Part shown: piece after piece, positions 1-60,775 of the stretch
How the letters are laid out: each line of letters opens with the position of its first letter
Position numbering within the stretch: the first letter of the stretch is position 1
NCBI RefSeq assembly: GCF_001194135.2
Contig: NC_068988.1
Location: forward strand, 29,613,168-29,677,167
Length of the DNA: 64,000 nucleotides
Direction of reading: 5' to 3'
Source: Octopus bimaculoides
Taxonomy: Eukaryota
Position numbers and translations under genes: made by a program
The notes under the pieces: generated by a model
What the model was told of the DNA's origin: nothing
Seen by the model: only the letters and a program-made list of their open reading frames with translations
The model's database searches: none

Positions 1-1238
1 TTAGGAGAGAGAATGAAAATGAATTGGTGGTAGTGATGAAATGTCCCGGTGGCCCCTCGAGGTACAAGATGAATAGAAGTGAGTGGTAACAGGGAAGCTA
101 GGAGTGTGGACGGGTGAGGGATTTACAAAAAGTGTATAGGGAGATGTGCAAGAGGTAGGGAAGATTGAAAAGAAGAAGTAGGCAACAATGATGGATTACA
201 AGGTGTGGGAGGGAAATCTTCAATATTGAAATAAGTTTGAGCGTTACGCTTTAAACAAGCTTAAACATGGAATGGAATTGAAGATATAATCAAAATCTTT
301 AACACAATGAGACAAGTTTGTGTGTTGTACTTCCTGTCAACCTTAACTAGAGAATGAAATCGGAGACATAATCCAAATCTTCAACATATTGAAACAATGA
401 TCTATAAATTTATATTGCCAGACAGAAATAAGAACACTTACAAGACATGGAATTTTCAATGATCTTGCTAACTACTACTACTACTACTTGTAGTACTGCT
501 ACTTAAAAGAATTGTGGATTGGCAGCCTATATATATATATATATTATTATAGTTCATATATGTAGTATATTCTGCTTAAATTCTCAAGAATGTTTGAAAT
601 GAAAATCACATGAAATCTTCTGTCCCAAGATATATTTGCTTATATTTGAATAAACAACTTCCTAATTGTGATAGTCTGGATTAAAAAAAAAAAATTTGCC
701 TGCTATTTTTAAAGGTGGTAGCGAGTCATTTGAGGATGATTGCATGCTATCTTTAGCAGGGTTAGTGACCACAAAGAGGATCTCTTGTTAGTTATGGCTT
801 AGTGACAGTTTAACAAGGAGGAAGTGAATAATGTATTCATGTACTAAGGAGGATGTGTATTACGACACAGAAAATATTTAATCTAAGATTAGACTATCTA
901 TAAATATGAGTATAGAAATATGACAACAGGAGTAATGAATATAGCCACTATACATAATCATATGCTATTTGCAGGCACACAGACACACACATACACACAG
1001 TTAAAAGCAAACACATACGTACTCATGTTTGCAAACATGTATATGCTCACATACACAAATACCTTTTATACAAAATAAATTTGTACACATATACGTGCAA
1101 CAAAAGTTTATAAAAACACCGACTTACATAGGCCAATAGGTCAGTGTTGACACATGGAGTATAAGAATTAGAGAAATATTTATTAATTAAAATGAACACC
1201 TGTGGTAAGGGGAATGAATCATTAGCTTATTGGTCAGT

Positions 1239-1468
1239 CTATTTCTTTATTGCCCACAAGGTGCTAAACATAGAGGGGACAAGCAAGGACAGACAAAGGG
1301 ATTAAGTCGATTACATCGCCCCCCAGTGCATAACTGGTACTTATTTAATCGACCCCGAAAGGATGAAAGGCAAAGTCAACCTCAGCGGAATTTGAACTCA
1401 GAACGTAGTGGCAGATGAAATACCGCTAAGCATTTCGCCCGGTGTGCTAACGATTCTGCCAGCTCACA
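1239..1468 (-). mobile_element. SINE family A copy, well preserved
   Basis: Same body and tail as the 4298-4525 copy (gactaagtcgattaca..ggtacttatttaatcgacccc.aaaggatgaaaggcaaagtc.acctc..ggaatttgaactcagaacgta). Confidence 0.88.
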
Positions 1469-2958
1469 GCTCTTGTCAATCATATCAAAAAATACAAGAG
1501 AGACATCCCTGAAATTTTAATTAAAATTAATTTTTAAAAATCTAATGTGAGTAATTGAGTTTGATCTAGGTAACATGGTGACAACTCCAGACACATTTTA
1601 GTCTTATTAACCATTTCAGTAAAGCATAAAGCATAATTTTTACTGTACTAAAAGACAAAAATGAGTTGAAAGATATATAAGTTTATAAGTGAATTAACAC
1701 TGAGTGGAGTGATAATTTGAAAGTAAAGACTTTGAGAAAAATACTCAAGTTTCCCCCACTCTGCATGAAAACTGAATGGTACTTAATGAACAAAACATTT
1801 TGATAAATTAAAATTACATTAATAGTCATGTAAACACATAGGATAACTAAAGATTTGAAAACAATTATAGAATTATATGTAGTTGAGAAAGATGATGGTT
1901 ATGGCTTGAATGTCTTTGGGAATATGGCTCATGTAGAACTTTCCCAAAAGCCCCAGAGTGCTAGGTTCAGTCTGTTATCGAGGTTGACTACAGTAGGATT
2001 TGAACTCAAAATGCAAAGAGCTGGAAATAAAATCCACAAGATATCTTATCCTGTGTTTTTACAGTCTTGCCACTTCACCAGCTTGGATTGCTACTTTTAT
2101 TCATCGTCCCCAAAGGAATGGTAGACAAAGTTGACCTTGACAGGATTTGAACTCAGAGCACAGAGGATTGGAACAAATACTGCAAAGTATTCTGTCAAAT
2201 GCTATAATGACTCTTCTAAATTGCCACCTCCATTAAACAAGGAAGGATACATTGTATAATGTAGTCCAAGATACCCCATACCCCTAATATGATGACAGTC
2301 ATGGCTAGAGTACCCTTCATCATGATCAAAGCCAATCTTGTCTACTAGATAAGGATTGGCCTCAGACTAAACAACAACTGAATATAAAAATAAGACTTCA
2401 TGTTTGTTTATCCAAAAAATAAGGTTAGTGTTTATATGTGTGTGGGAGAGAGAGAGAGAGAGAGTATATATCTGTTACATGACAATGTAGATAACTATTT
2501 AAATCAATCTTGTTATTTTCTGAAAATTTTGGTTTGATTTTTTTTTAACAATATCTGGATTTTTGATAATTTTATGTTATGATCATAATATGATTTCAAC
2601 CTATAATATCTGTTTAATAGATCTTTCCCCTGTGATAGTGGTTGTTTTAGGAAACAATCTAGTTATTTGTAGTAGCAGCAGAACTTACAAATCAATATAT
2701 CTTTCAGCTCACCAATTTCGCTTCAGAAATCAATTGCCTCAAACTTTATTTATTGATGCAAACTAGTTCTCAACTTACAAGCAGATAAACAAGAGAGTGA
2801 GTGAGTGAGGTTGAGAGAGAGAAAATATATAGGAAGAGTGAATGTACCATTTAAAGTCCTTTGCTATCTTTTCATATTCTTTGCTTTATAATCTATAATG
2901 ATTTGGAAAATATCAGCTCTCTAATCAAATATACTATATATAGTTAGAGAGAAAGAAA

Positions 2959-2990
2959 TATATAATAGTACTGAAGCTCACTCAGTTGGC
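2959..2990 (+). promoter_or_regulatory. Candidate DLK core promoter (TATA-like box plus Inr)
   Basis: TATATAA at 2959-2965 about 25 nt before an Inr-type TCAGTT (2982-2987), in a repeat-free stretch upstream of a strong donor at 3106. Motif inference only. Confidence 0.3.
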
Positions 2991-3105
2991 ACACACAAGC
3001 ATCACGTAAGTGGACTAGAGTCACGAGTTATATAGTGTCACTAGTGTTTTACAGTGCTTTAGGTGAAGTAGCGAATATTTCCCTCCCCACTTAGCAGAAG
3101 AGCAG
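2984..3105 (+). other. Candidate non-coding first exon (5' UTR) of DLK
   Basis: Ends at a consensus donor CAG|GTAAGA (3106); no ATG inside. Coding exon 1 starts with an acceptor one base before its ATG, so an upstream exon must exist. The 5' boundary is a guess. Confidence 0.4.
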
Positions 3106-4192
3106 GTAAGAAAAGTGAAAAAGTGTTTTAATGGGGGTAAGCAAAAACAGTAAAAAAAAAAGAGAAAAGCTTTTTTTTTTTTTATTAACCTAAGATTAAA
3201 ATCTTTTGAATTAGTATAATAATAGTAATTGTGTTTTAACAGGCTTTCAATGTGGTTTTAGGAAAGGAAAGCGAAAAGTTGTGATGTTTATAATTTTCAT
3301 AACAATATATAAATCATATAGGGGGGAATGGAAATACTTTTTCACCAAAACTGGATTATAAATGCAAGTTATTGAGATCTTAGTGTCATACCTGTCAAAA
3401 TAAGAACAAAATGATAACTAATGGTTGGTCAACAAGGGATCCTTCTCTTGAGAAATAGCAACTAAATTACCTTCAGACCACGGAAAAAGACATGTTGGAT
3501 GATGTAGCATTAAGTATACTATATCCTTTCTACTAAAGGCACAAGGCCTGAAATTTAATGGGAAGGAGATGGTCAATCACATTGCCCCCAGTGTTTCACT
3601 GGTACTTAATTTATAGACCCCCAGAAGGCTGAAACACAAAGTTGACCTCAGCGGAATTTGAACTCAGAGCATAGCGACGGGCAAAATACCGCTAAGCATT
3701 TAGCTCATAGTGTTAATGATTCTGCCAGCTCATCACCTTCCTTAGTTACACTATATCATCATCATCATCACATATCCATTTTGCAGTATTGGCATAAGTT
3801 GGATAAGTCTCAAAGCATGTATTCATAATATGCATGTAATCTAATACAGTGTTTTTATATGGGTGAATGGGGGTGGGTCAGTCTGTTCTGATCGTAAAAT
3901 GGGTGGACAAATTACCATGTTTAATTAATAACATTAAAATGAGTTTTTAACTTTTATAATTTCTCCAGTGTCATGGTGAAGCAAGAAGAATTCTGTGTAT
4001 GTAAACAATATTTTGTTTTTTCATGAATAAAGAGAAAAAAAAGGGACGAAAAATTTCCCTAATATGATTTCACTTTACTTTTGTATTGAGTACTTTTTCC
4101 TATAAGGTCAAATGTACTTGTGTTTGTGCACGTGTGTGCAGTCACACATGTGTGAGTGTATATGTACATTTCTATCTATTTCTGTCTTTCAC

Positions 4193-4233
<41 letters not shown>

Positions 4234-4234
<1 letters not shown>

Positions 4235-4960
4235 TGCATATAGCCCAGTGAACTTATAATAATAGGAACAAATGAAGATCTATAGCCTTGATATAAGTAT
4301 TTCTTTAATGCCCACAGGGGGCTAAACATAGAGGGGACAAACAAGGACAGACAAAGGGACTAAGTCGATTACATCAACCCCAGTGCGTAATTGGTACTTA
4401 TTTAATCGACCCCAAAAGGATGAAAGGCAAAGTCGGCCTCAGTGGAATTTGAACTCAGAACGTAACACCAGACAAAATACTGCCAAGCATTTCGCCCAGT
4501 GTGCTAACAATTATGCCTGCTTGCTGCCTTGATATAAGAGCTGCAGTTTTCTCATCAGTTCTCCATAGATGTTCTCCTTTTCTCCAGTTTCTGAAGAAGC
4601 ATTCACATCCCCTGGGCAACTGATCTCTACAATGGTGCATGACTTTTTCTCCATATCCCATGCAATTATATCTGACTTGTGCTTACACCGGGTTGCTGTT
4701 TTTATCTGAGTGTTTCAGTAGTATTCTTTATTTTTAAAGTGTAGATACTTTCTGTCCCTGCTGTGTTTTTGTTATGGCCATCAGAGCAATTCTACATTTA
4801 TATAGCATTGTAGACCATCTTAGCAACAATGTCATGCCACAAAGGAAGGCAATATCTTGCAGACATTTCTGGGTAGTTATTGATGATACAACTGATATCT
4901 TCTAATCAACACTACAAAAATTGCAAGCTGGCATTAATATCAGTGAGGCAACAGTCAAGT
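4234..4960 (-). mobile_element. Decayed R4/Dong-type non-LTR retrotransposon, zinc knuckle plus restriction-like endonuclease, interrupted by a SINE
   Basis: Manual minus-strand translation: CNFC..EDISCII..YPEMSARYCLPLWHDIVAKMVYNAI..NKEYY*NTQIKTATRCKHKSDIIAWDMEKKSCTIVEISCPGDVN..EKENIYGELMRKLQLLYQG|YRSSFVPIIISSLGYMQ, with stops and frameshifts; fits the RH(D/N)..PD..E..K..(V/I)PIIIGALG pattern of RLE LINEs. Confidence 0.8.
4298..4525 (-). mobile_element. tRNA-headed SINE (family A) with 13-bp target-site duplication
   Basis: Reverse complement of the gagctggcagaa..gttagc..ttctgagttcaaattcc..ctttcatcc..ggggtcgat..aagtacc consensus; gccttgatataag at 4285-4297 and 4526-4538. Confidence 0.9.
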
Positions 4961-5350
4961 ACTGGTTCCATATAATCAATTGTACTTTTCTTCAAAATTT
5001 GTTGTCTTGTGCTTATGTTAGAAATCAATTTTATTAACCCTGTCACACTATAACCCTGCTATAATGGGAATAGGCTAAACATCATCTCTGCTAGATTCCC
5101 AGTAAAGTGGTAATTAACAACACACAGAGAAAAAGAAGATGGAGCTAATCCTGTTTGTTAGTTTGCCTGCAATCGTTACACTTGAGCTGTATATGCAACT
5201 ATTTATTCTTTTTGCTCAGGGGCCCAGGTGGAAAGTAAAATTAGATACAGTGGCCCAGGTCTGAGAGGGTTAAGGGTAGTTAATGACAGAAAGCATGGTG
5301 AGTGTTAGAATTGTTTCAGCAATAGTATTTGATGGTTTCCCTAAAATGGA

Positions 5351-6754
5351 AAGCTGGCAGAAACGTTAGCATGCCGCGCGAAATGCTTAGTGGTATCTCG
5401 TCTGTCTTAATGTTCTGAGTTCAAATTACGCCGAGGTCAACTTTGCCTTTCATCTTTTTTGGGGTCGATAAATTAAGTACCAGTTGCATACTGGAGTCGA
5501 TCTAATTGACTGGCCCCACTCCCCCAAAATTTCGAGCCTTGTGCCTAGAGTAAAAAAGAGTATTATATTCTGAGTATTATATTCTGAGTTCAAATTCTGC
5601 TAAAGTCGGTTTTGCTGGGGTCAAGCAAATAAGTACAAGTCATGTGCTGAGTCAATCAAAAGTTCTTTGGCTTTGTGTCTTTGTTCCAAATCATCCTTAT
5701 TATCATCATCATCAAAAGTGATGAGCTGGCAGAACCATTAGTGCATCAGACAAAATGCTAAGTGGTATTTATTTCAGTTCTGTGCATTCTAAACTCCTGC
5801 TAATGGGCTTGATAGAATAAGTACCAGTTGAATACTAGGGTTGATATAATTGACTAGCTCCCACCTCTCAAATTCTAGGCCTTGTGCTTATAGTAGAAGG
5901 AATTATTTATTATTATCGTTGAACGCGGTGAGTGGGCAGACCCATCAGTGTATCAAACAAAATGCTTTATGCTATTTATTTCAGTTTTTGTAGTCTAACC
6001 TCAAATCTTGTTGAGGCCAACTTTGCATTTCATCCTTTTGGGGGTCAATAAAATAAAGTACCAGTTTAATACTGGTGTCAACATAATCAACCAATTCCCA
6101 CTTCTAATGTTGTTGGTTTTGTGCCAAAATTTGAAACAATTATTATTATCCTCATCTTCATAATCTTATTTTGCTATCCAAACTATTGTATATAATTAAT
6201 AATTATTTATCTTATTCTGTTTTAATATAATTTAAAACCAATGTAAAATGTTAAATTTTTAATGAGACATTTAAAAACTAAATGCAAGTACAAACAATAC
6301 TAATCTTGCATGATTTATTTCTCAACACCCATGCAATGAATACAGTCTACTCCCAGGTTTGAATATGTTTCTCAGATCTATCAATAGATTATTGCTATCA
6401 TAATTTTATTTTGGAATAAAAAAAAAAACTATGCCAGCCTTTGTGAATATTATTGATTTATGTTGTTTATCTAATCAATACTGAAAAAAGTACAAGTTTC
6501 AGTATGAAAAGCTGGGCAGCAACTAGAAAATGCTCAGTTAGATTTGGATAAATGCCTTATATATAAATGTAGGGAAAGGAGAAGAAAAAATGCCAAATAA
6601 TATTTTAAAAAATACTGTAAACATTGCAGAATTCTATTACTCTCAATTAATTTGTAAACAGCTCTATGAACATTCCTTTCTGAATATGAAATATATGTGT
6701 ACGTGTATGCATGTATGTATATACATACATATATGTGCACGCACACGTGCATGT

Positions 6755-6792
<38 letters not shown>

Positions 6793-8200
6793 TTGATATT
6801 TGTTATTTCAGACAGGCCCTGTGCTTTTACAGATGTGGAAAATAGTTTAATCTTATTGATTGGTCTCATAACTTTATCCTTTGTGTTTCTGTTTACATTG
6901 TGCACATTGTGCTTCAATTAGGTTTGTGGCATTATTGGTAACAATGTTAAAACCCCATATGACAAATAAAAGTTTACAAGTAAAAATTCTTATCCAAGAA
7001 TGTATATATTCTTAGGGGAATATTATGTCTGAAGATTATACTGAGTGAAATATAGTGTAGTGTAATCGATATTGTATCATCTTTATTGTTGTTGCAAATA
7101 TGATGGCAAGCTGGCAGAAATTTTTAGAGCATTGGAGAACATGCCTTGTGGTATTTCTTCTGGTTCTTTACATTCTGACTTCAAATCCTGCTGAGGTCAG
7201 TTTTGCTTTCATCCTCTCAGAGCTGATGAAATAGGGTACCAGCCATGTAGTGGGATTTTATTGTATCAATTAAACCCACTCCTTTTAAAATTATTGGCCT
7301 TGAGCTTAGATTATCAAATCACTAGCTGGCCCTGTGCCGTCAAAAATGACAGCTAATTCTAATATTTTACATATAAATATGGATGGTGAATCAAATTAAT
7401 ACACTTGTCAATGCTCACATACATTCACATACTTCCCTTCTACATACACACATACACTCACACAGAGTTGAAACGCTGTTTGATTTTTCATTTCAGTGTT
7501 GAATGTTCACCATCCCACCAGTTTGCCATCACCCCTTCCTTCTATCACCCCTTCCTTTCTCATTCATTATAGTAGATTATTAAAGTGATTTCCAAGGCAG
7601 CAAGCTGGATAATTGTTAGTATACCAGACAGAATGCTTAGAGGTATTTTGTCCATCCTTACATTCTGAGTTCAAATTCTGCCAAGCCCCACTTTGCCTTT
7701 CATCATTTCAGGGTCAGTAAAATAAATACCTGTTTAACACTGGGGTTGATGTAATCAACTCCCAGTTTCAGACCTTGTGCCTATATTTAAACACTGAGGT
7801 CAATGTAATCTCCCACTAATTTCATATTTCACTAAAATATTTTGTTAATTAATAGTATAGTGACAAATTTTAATTGCTGGAAGCTGTAAGCTTTAATACT
7901 ACAGAAAAGGAAAGGAGTTTCTCTTGGAATCTGATATTGTAACTAACACTATTTCTCGCTTATTTATTGAAATTTTTGTTCTTAGAACATGGTATACACT
8001 GGCAAAAGCTGGTAGAATCATTACTGCACCAGACACAATACTCAATAGTGTTTCTTCCAGTTCTTTATGTCTAAATGTTGCTAAGGACGATTTTGTTTTT
8101 CATCCTTTTCATTTTCATGAAATAAATACCAATTGAGCACTGCCGTGGGGATGTAATCGTGTTCCCCCTCCTCTCAAAACTGCTGGCCTTTTGCCAAAAT
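5351..8200 (+). mobile_element. Cluster of six + strand family A SINE copies (about 5351-5560, 5716-5900, 5923-6140, 7106-7310, 7595-7790, 8008-8200)
   Basis: Each has the gagctggcagaa head, ttctgagttcaaat B-box-like motif and tttgcctttcatcc..ggggtc.ata...aagtaccag core. Confidence 0.85.
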
Positions 8201-8783
8201 TAGTAAAAACTAGAACACTATATTTTTAGCAGGTATATTTAGTTTTATTGCAACATGACAATTATAAAACCACAACAATTTTAAATGTCTTTTTTTTTCA
8301 TCTTGACAGTAATAATTATGTTATACAATTTAATATGATGTGGCGAGTATTGTATTTTTAGCAGCTTAATGTTATTTTCTGCAATTTATCTCTGACATTA
8401 ATTGTCCAATTTTTAAAAGTAAAATTATTTATTTTTCTGAATTTTGTATATCATTATCATGTCTTTTTCCCAGTTAATATGCAAACAAATAAGAGATAAA
8501 AGCACAAAGATTCAGACAGACCAATAAACAGATAATCAGGATCAATGCAGTTATTCACTGTTTATGCTATTGATTCTTCATCTTCCTCAATGTACCACGA
8601 GTTCAAAAACTATTATTAATTCCATTCTATATCTACCGATAGCATAATGTCCAAATAATTACAATTGGCTTACTCTGGGATAAAAAGAAAATATCCTTAT
8701 ACATATAATACTTTTCTTAAGATGCTCTTACTCAATCTCTTTGTTAAATTTGGATCACAGATCTATTACATTGTTGTCGTCGC

Positions 8784-8799
8784 CATCGTCATCATCATT

Positions 8800-8864
<65 letters not shown>
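8784..8864. repeat. (ATC)n microsatellite
   Basis: Direct reading. Comparable runs: (AAT)n 18698-18765, (GAT)n 26398-26448, (ATG)n 45933-46021, AAT/GAT mix 59790-59920. Confidence 0.95.
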
Positions 8865-8865
8865 T

Positions 8866-9095
8866 CCCAGGCCTGAGCATTACTGTCTCAAGTCTTAGGA
8901 CTCCAAGATTACAACATTTTCTTTCAACAAGATCCCTATCTATTGCAAGGTTAATCATTCACAGCTGAGTGGATTGGAACAGCATGAAATAGAAGTGTTT
9001 TGCTCAAATACAATGCACCATCTAGTCTGGAAATGGAAACCTTGATTTCGTGATCAGGAGTGCAACACCCTAACCACTTGGCCTCGATCTTTCAC
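8866..9095 (-). mobile_element. tRNA-headed SINE (family C-like) with (GAT)n tail
   Basis: Reverse complement reads ggccaagtggttagggtgttgcactc..ttgagcaaaacactt..ccactcagctg; adjoins the (ATC)n run 8784-8864. Confidence 0.7.
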
Positions 9096-10029
9096 TATTA
9101 CATTATGGTCCTTTCTTTTTCATCTTGCTTTTACAACCTTTGTCTCATTACTGATTTACATCACACTTCTGATGAATGCAAAGGTGTTCCTTTTTTACAT
9201 ATATATTTTTTTTCCTTTTTGTGTGAAGATAGTTGTGTTTCTATGTTTCTTTTGCTCTATGTGCTCAAAAAAGACAATGTTTCTTCAACATTTTTCATTC
9301 ACTTCAAAAACATCAACAATGATTAATGAAAAAACTTTTTGTTTACAACTCAAATTTGTCTACCATCAGAATAATCCTGTTAGATCCTTGCTATTTACAC
9401 TATCCACTCTATGTGTTATCAATAATGATTTTATTGCCCTTATAGGTGGTCAGAACATGATAACTAGCTATCGTGGACTACCAGCTTTCTTTATTGTTTG
9501 GTTTTAAGGAAGTAATAAATCATAAAGCCTCCAGTTTTAGACTTTCTGCAGCTGAAAGTCATCTGCTTCCCTGGCCTTCCTTTCTTTATTGTTGTCTTCA
9601 GAGTTACATTTCAGGTTGACTGAGATATGTTGACAACTCTCACAAATTCTTTCATGTTGTGACAGAAAAGAGATTATGTTTTTATCCTACAAGTGCCAGC
9701 TGCAATTAGGGAAGCTTGAAGATAATGAACAGAATGTATTTGACAGACAGAATGTATTTGATAGCAAAAGTGAATTCAAAGATACCATATTTGGGAATAC
9801 AATGCTAGTAATAAAATTATCATTCACGAATCAGTAACTTCTGTGGTTTAACCCTTGTGTTTCATTGAACTAACCTGATCTCTTTTTCTTCTACTCATAC
9901 TTATTACTGGTTTACAATTTGTCCTTATGATACACCTTTCACATAACATTACTGATTTTTCTCAAATGATATTTTTAATATTTATTTTTAAAATGTATTA
10001 TATGAAATTAATACAAAGAATATATAATA

Positions 10030-10216
10030 CAGGGGTGGACAAAAACAGGTATACAGTTACATAATATAAGTGGAATGTTCTCTTCATTTCTCTATTTCTT
10101 TTTTGGAATAAGAATTCTATGATTTTATGTTGTTTTTAGCTAATTCTTTCTATAATAAAATAATTTATTAGTAATTATAACTTTTATAACTGCATGGCTA
10201 CTTTTGTCCACCCCTG
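10030..10216. mobile_element. Tc1/mariner-type MITE, 187 bp, with 15-bp terminal inverted repeats and TA target duplication
   Basis: TA|CAGGGGTGGACAAAA (10030-10044) ... TTTTGTCCACCCCTG|TA (10202-10216); perfect TIRs, no coding capacity. Confidence 0.8.
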
Positions 10217-10345
10217 TATATAATACATTTTATTTAGCTTACATGTCATTTTAGATGGTAAATATATTCCCTTTAGACTGAAATTTATACATAGCTAACC
10301 ATTTGAAATTCAATGTTTTGTAAATGTAATCTTTCCTCTTACAGC

Positions 10346-58038
<47,693 letters not shown>

Positions 58039-60094
58039 GCACTGCAAATACAGATACAGGCAGATGTTTATCAGGCTGCTTCATGGAATAATGATACAGG
58101 TCTAAAAAATCTTGGTGGACGTTATGCTTTACTGAGTCTGTTACAAAAGCAGATCACTGTCAGATAAAATATTTCCCTCATTTGTTTTTAAAATTTTTTT
58201 TTTTTCTTCAGTACATCCTTTATCTCTTTCTACTCTTATTCATGTTTTATAATAAACATGTAAGAACTGCTTCTTATCATCAAATAGAGGGATTTAAAAC
58301 TGTAAAAAAAAATTATGGAACAGAAGATAAATGACCTGGAATGAACATACTGCTCATATACTGAAGCAAGTGTTTCAACTACAAAGCTGCAGCCACCTAT
58401 CTCTAATCAATGATCTCTTAATTCTACTGGTTCCTGTAGCAAACAATTTTAGCCCTCTTCACCTCTAGCACTACTAAAATCAGGATTTGAACCCTAATTC
58501 TTCTATGCTGTAAAAGTTTCAGACTCACTTTAGAAAAAAAAATTAAAAGAGAAAAAAAGAAAAACCTCTCTAGTAGACCTTCCTTCTCAGTTCTGCTCTT
58601 TGTTTAATCTCAAATTCATTGGAAGAATATTCGTTCAGGAAAAAATATATATATCCTAAATTTAAATTAAATTCTTGAATTTATTAATGTAAAATGAACA
58701 GTAAAAGAGAGATGGACAGATAGACAAAGAGAGAGGGAAGGTGAGAGAAAAAAGAAAAAGAAGAGAAGAACTAAAAGATCTCTGAACATATATACATACA
58801 TACATGTATTTGCCCTCTACAGATGTGTATATGAATTTATACAAGCTCACATACATATAAATAGGCATACATATTTTTCATGTATATACATTTTTCGATG
58901 TATGTATGCAGCTATATATAAAGTTACATAGAAATGAACATGTGTGTATGTATTTAGATAAAAGATATACATATTTACACTCTTTTGTATATATGTGTAT
59001 AATCATATGCATACATATATATGTGTAAATGTGTGTGCATGTGAGTGTGTGGATTGTGTGTCTGTGGGTGTATAGTCATACATAAACATATATGAGCATA
59101 AATGCTACGAAATAAAGTGTCAGGCTGATTTCCAAGATGTTTTTATGCAGACTGTATCTAAAAAGTTTCAGCAGTGCACCTTACATTATGAGAAATCAAG
59201 AAAGTAACCTCCAGAGGTTAAACGAAATACTTAAAAAAAAAAAAAAAAGAATACGAAAAAAAAAAGCAAAACAAAACAAATCTCTCTTGGCCTCTTACAG
59301 ATTCACAATTCTGATTTAACCCTTTTCCACTGCAAATTGTTTTGTTTGGTTGCTATTTTGTTTATTTATTTTTTTTTTATCTACTGTTGACATGGTGCCT
59401 GCAAACTGGACTATATATTTAAAAAAAAAAGGTAAAATAAAAACAAAAAAAATGAAAAAAAAACGCAAAAAATTTAATAATAGATTAACTTGTTTCCTCC
59501 TCCCCCCTCTTGTCCCGATGTTATTAATAACACCATCACTAACCACCACCACCACTTCATGTCAGTGAAAGAAAGCTTGAGAGGTTGTAAACTTCTGAAT
59601 ATTTATTTTTAGGCGGCTCCATACTTAGTAACTGCCTGGTTTGTATCTTAGAGGATAGAGAATATTTAGAACTCAGAAAACCTTGTGTTACATTCTCATC
59701 TTCAACATTTGCATTTAGCCCTAATATATAGCTTTACATGTATAAGAAAGAAAAAAAAAACTGTAAAATATCCAAATCTCATGAGGCATCATAACAATAA
59801 TAATAATAATTATAATAATAATAATAATAATGATAATAATGATAATAATAATAGTAGTAATAATGATAATAATAATAATATTAATAATAATGATAATAAT
59901 AATGATAATGGTAATAATAGCCTCTGGGGAAGTGAAGTGGCCTGTTGTGATCTTCATGCTTTTTCCAATAATCTTAGACATGTAAGTAATGCAGGTCAAA
60001 CTGCAAATTGAAACTGGATCTGAGTATTAAGTCTATGTTAATTACAGTTATACTACTACTACTATTACTATTACAACTACTACTACTACTACTA

Positions 60095-60137
<43 letters not shown>

Positions 60138-60521
60138 AAAACAGATCTATTCCTTTTTAACTAATGTCAAGCTTTAAAAACATTTTTTTAAATTTTTGTT
60201 GAAATTGTTACTATTTTATTTATTTATAATCATTATCAATATTTATATTTTCTTCTCCTGCTACCATTTCCTTAACACTAACCTCTTCATTTTCTTCCAA
60301 CCATCAAATTATTTTCATTCATATACAATTTAAATACATTTATTTTGATCCTTGCCAGGATGTGCTAAATTCACATTCCAGTAAATTATGAAAACTTAAC
60401 TAAAATTATATAATAAACTCAATCAGAGTGTTGGGCTAAATAAATAATTAAAGATTTGTTTTGGCAATATTTGTTGTTGCCAGTCACCATTCCAACTAGT
60501 GTAGTGCCTATATGTATGTGC

Positions 60522-60571
<50 letters not shown>

Positions 60572-60725
60572 TCATCTATTTCTTTATATATATACGTGTG
60601 TGTTTGCATGTATATATACCTATATGCAGATGTTTCTGTTCATTCACCAAGATGTGATAAATTACAGAACTTAGTATATAACTGCACACACACATACATA
60701 CACACGTGTGTTCATATATATATAT

Positions 60726-60775
<50 letters not shown>

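Larger units (their letters stand above)
2085..3740 (-). mobile_element. Two more decayed family A SINE copies (about 2085-2232 and 3526-3740)
   Basis: caaagttgacct..ggaatttgaactcagagc..ctgccagctc motifs. Confidence 0.7.
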
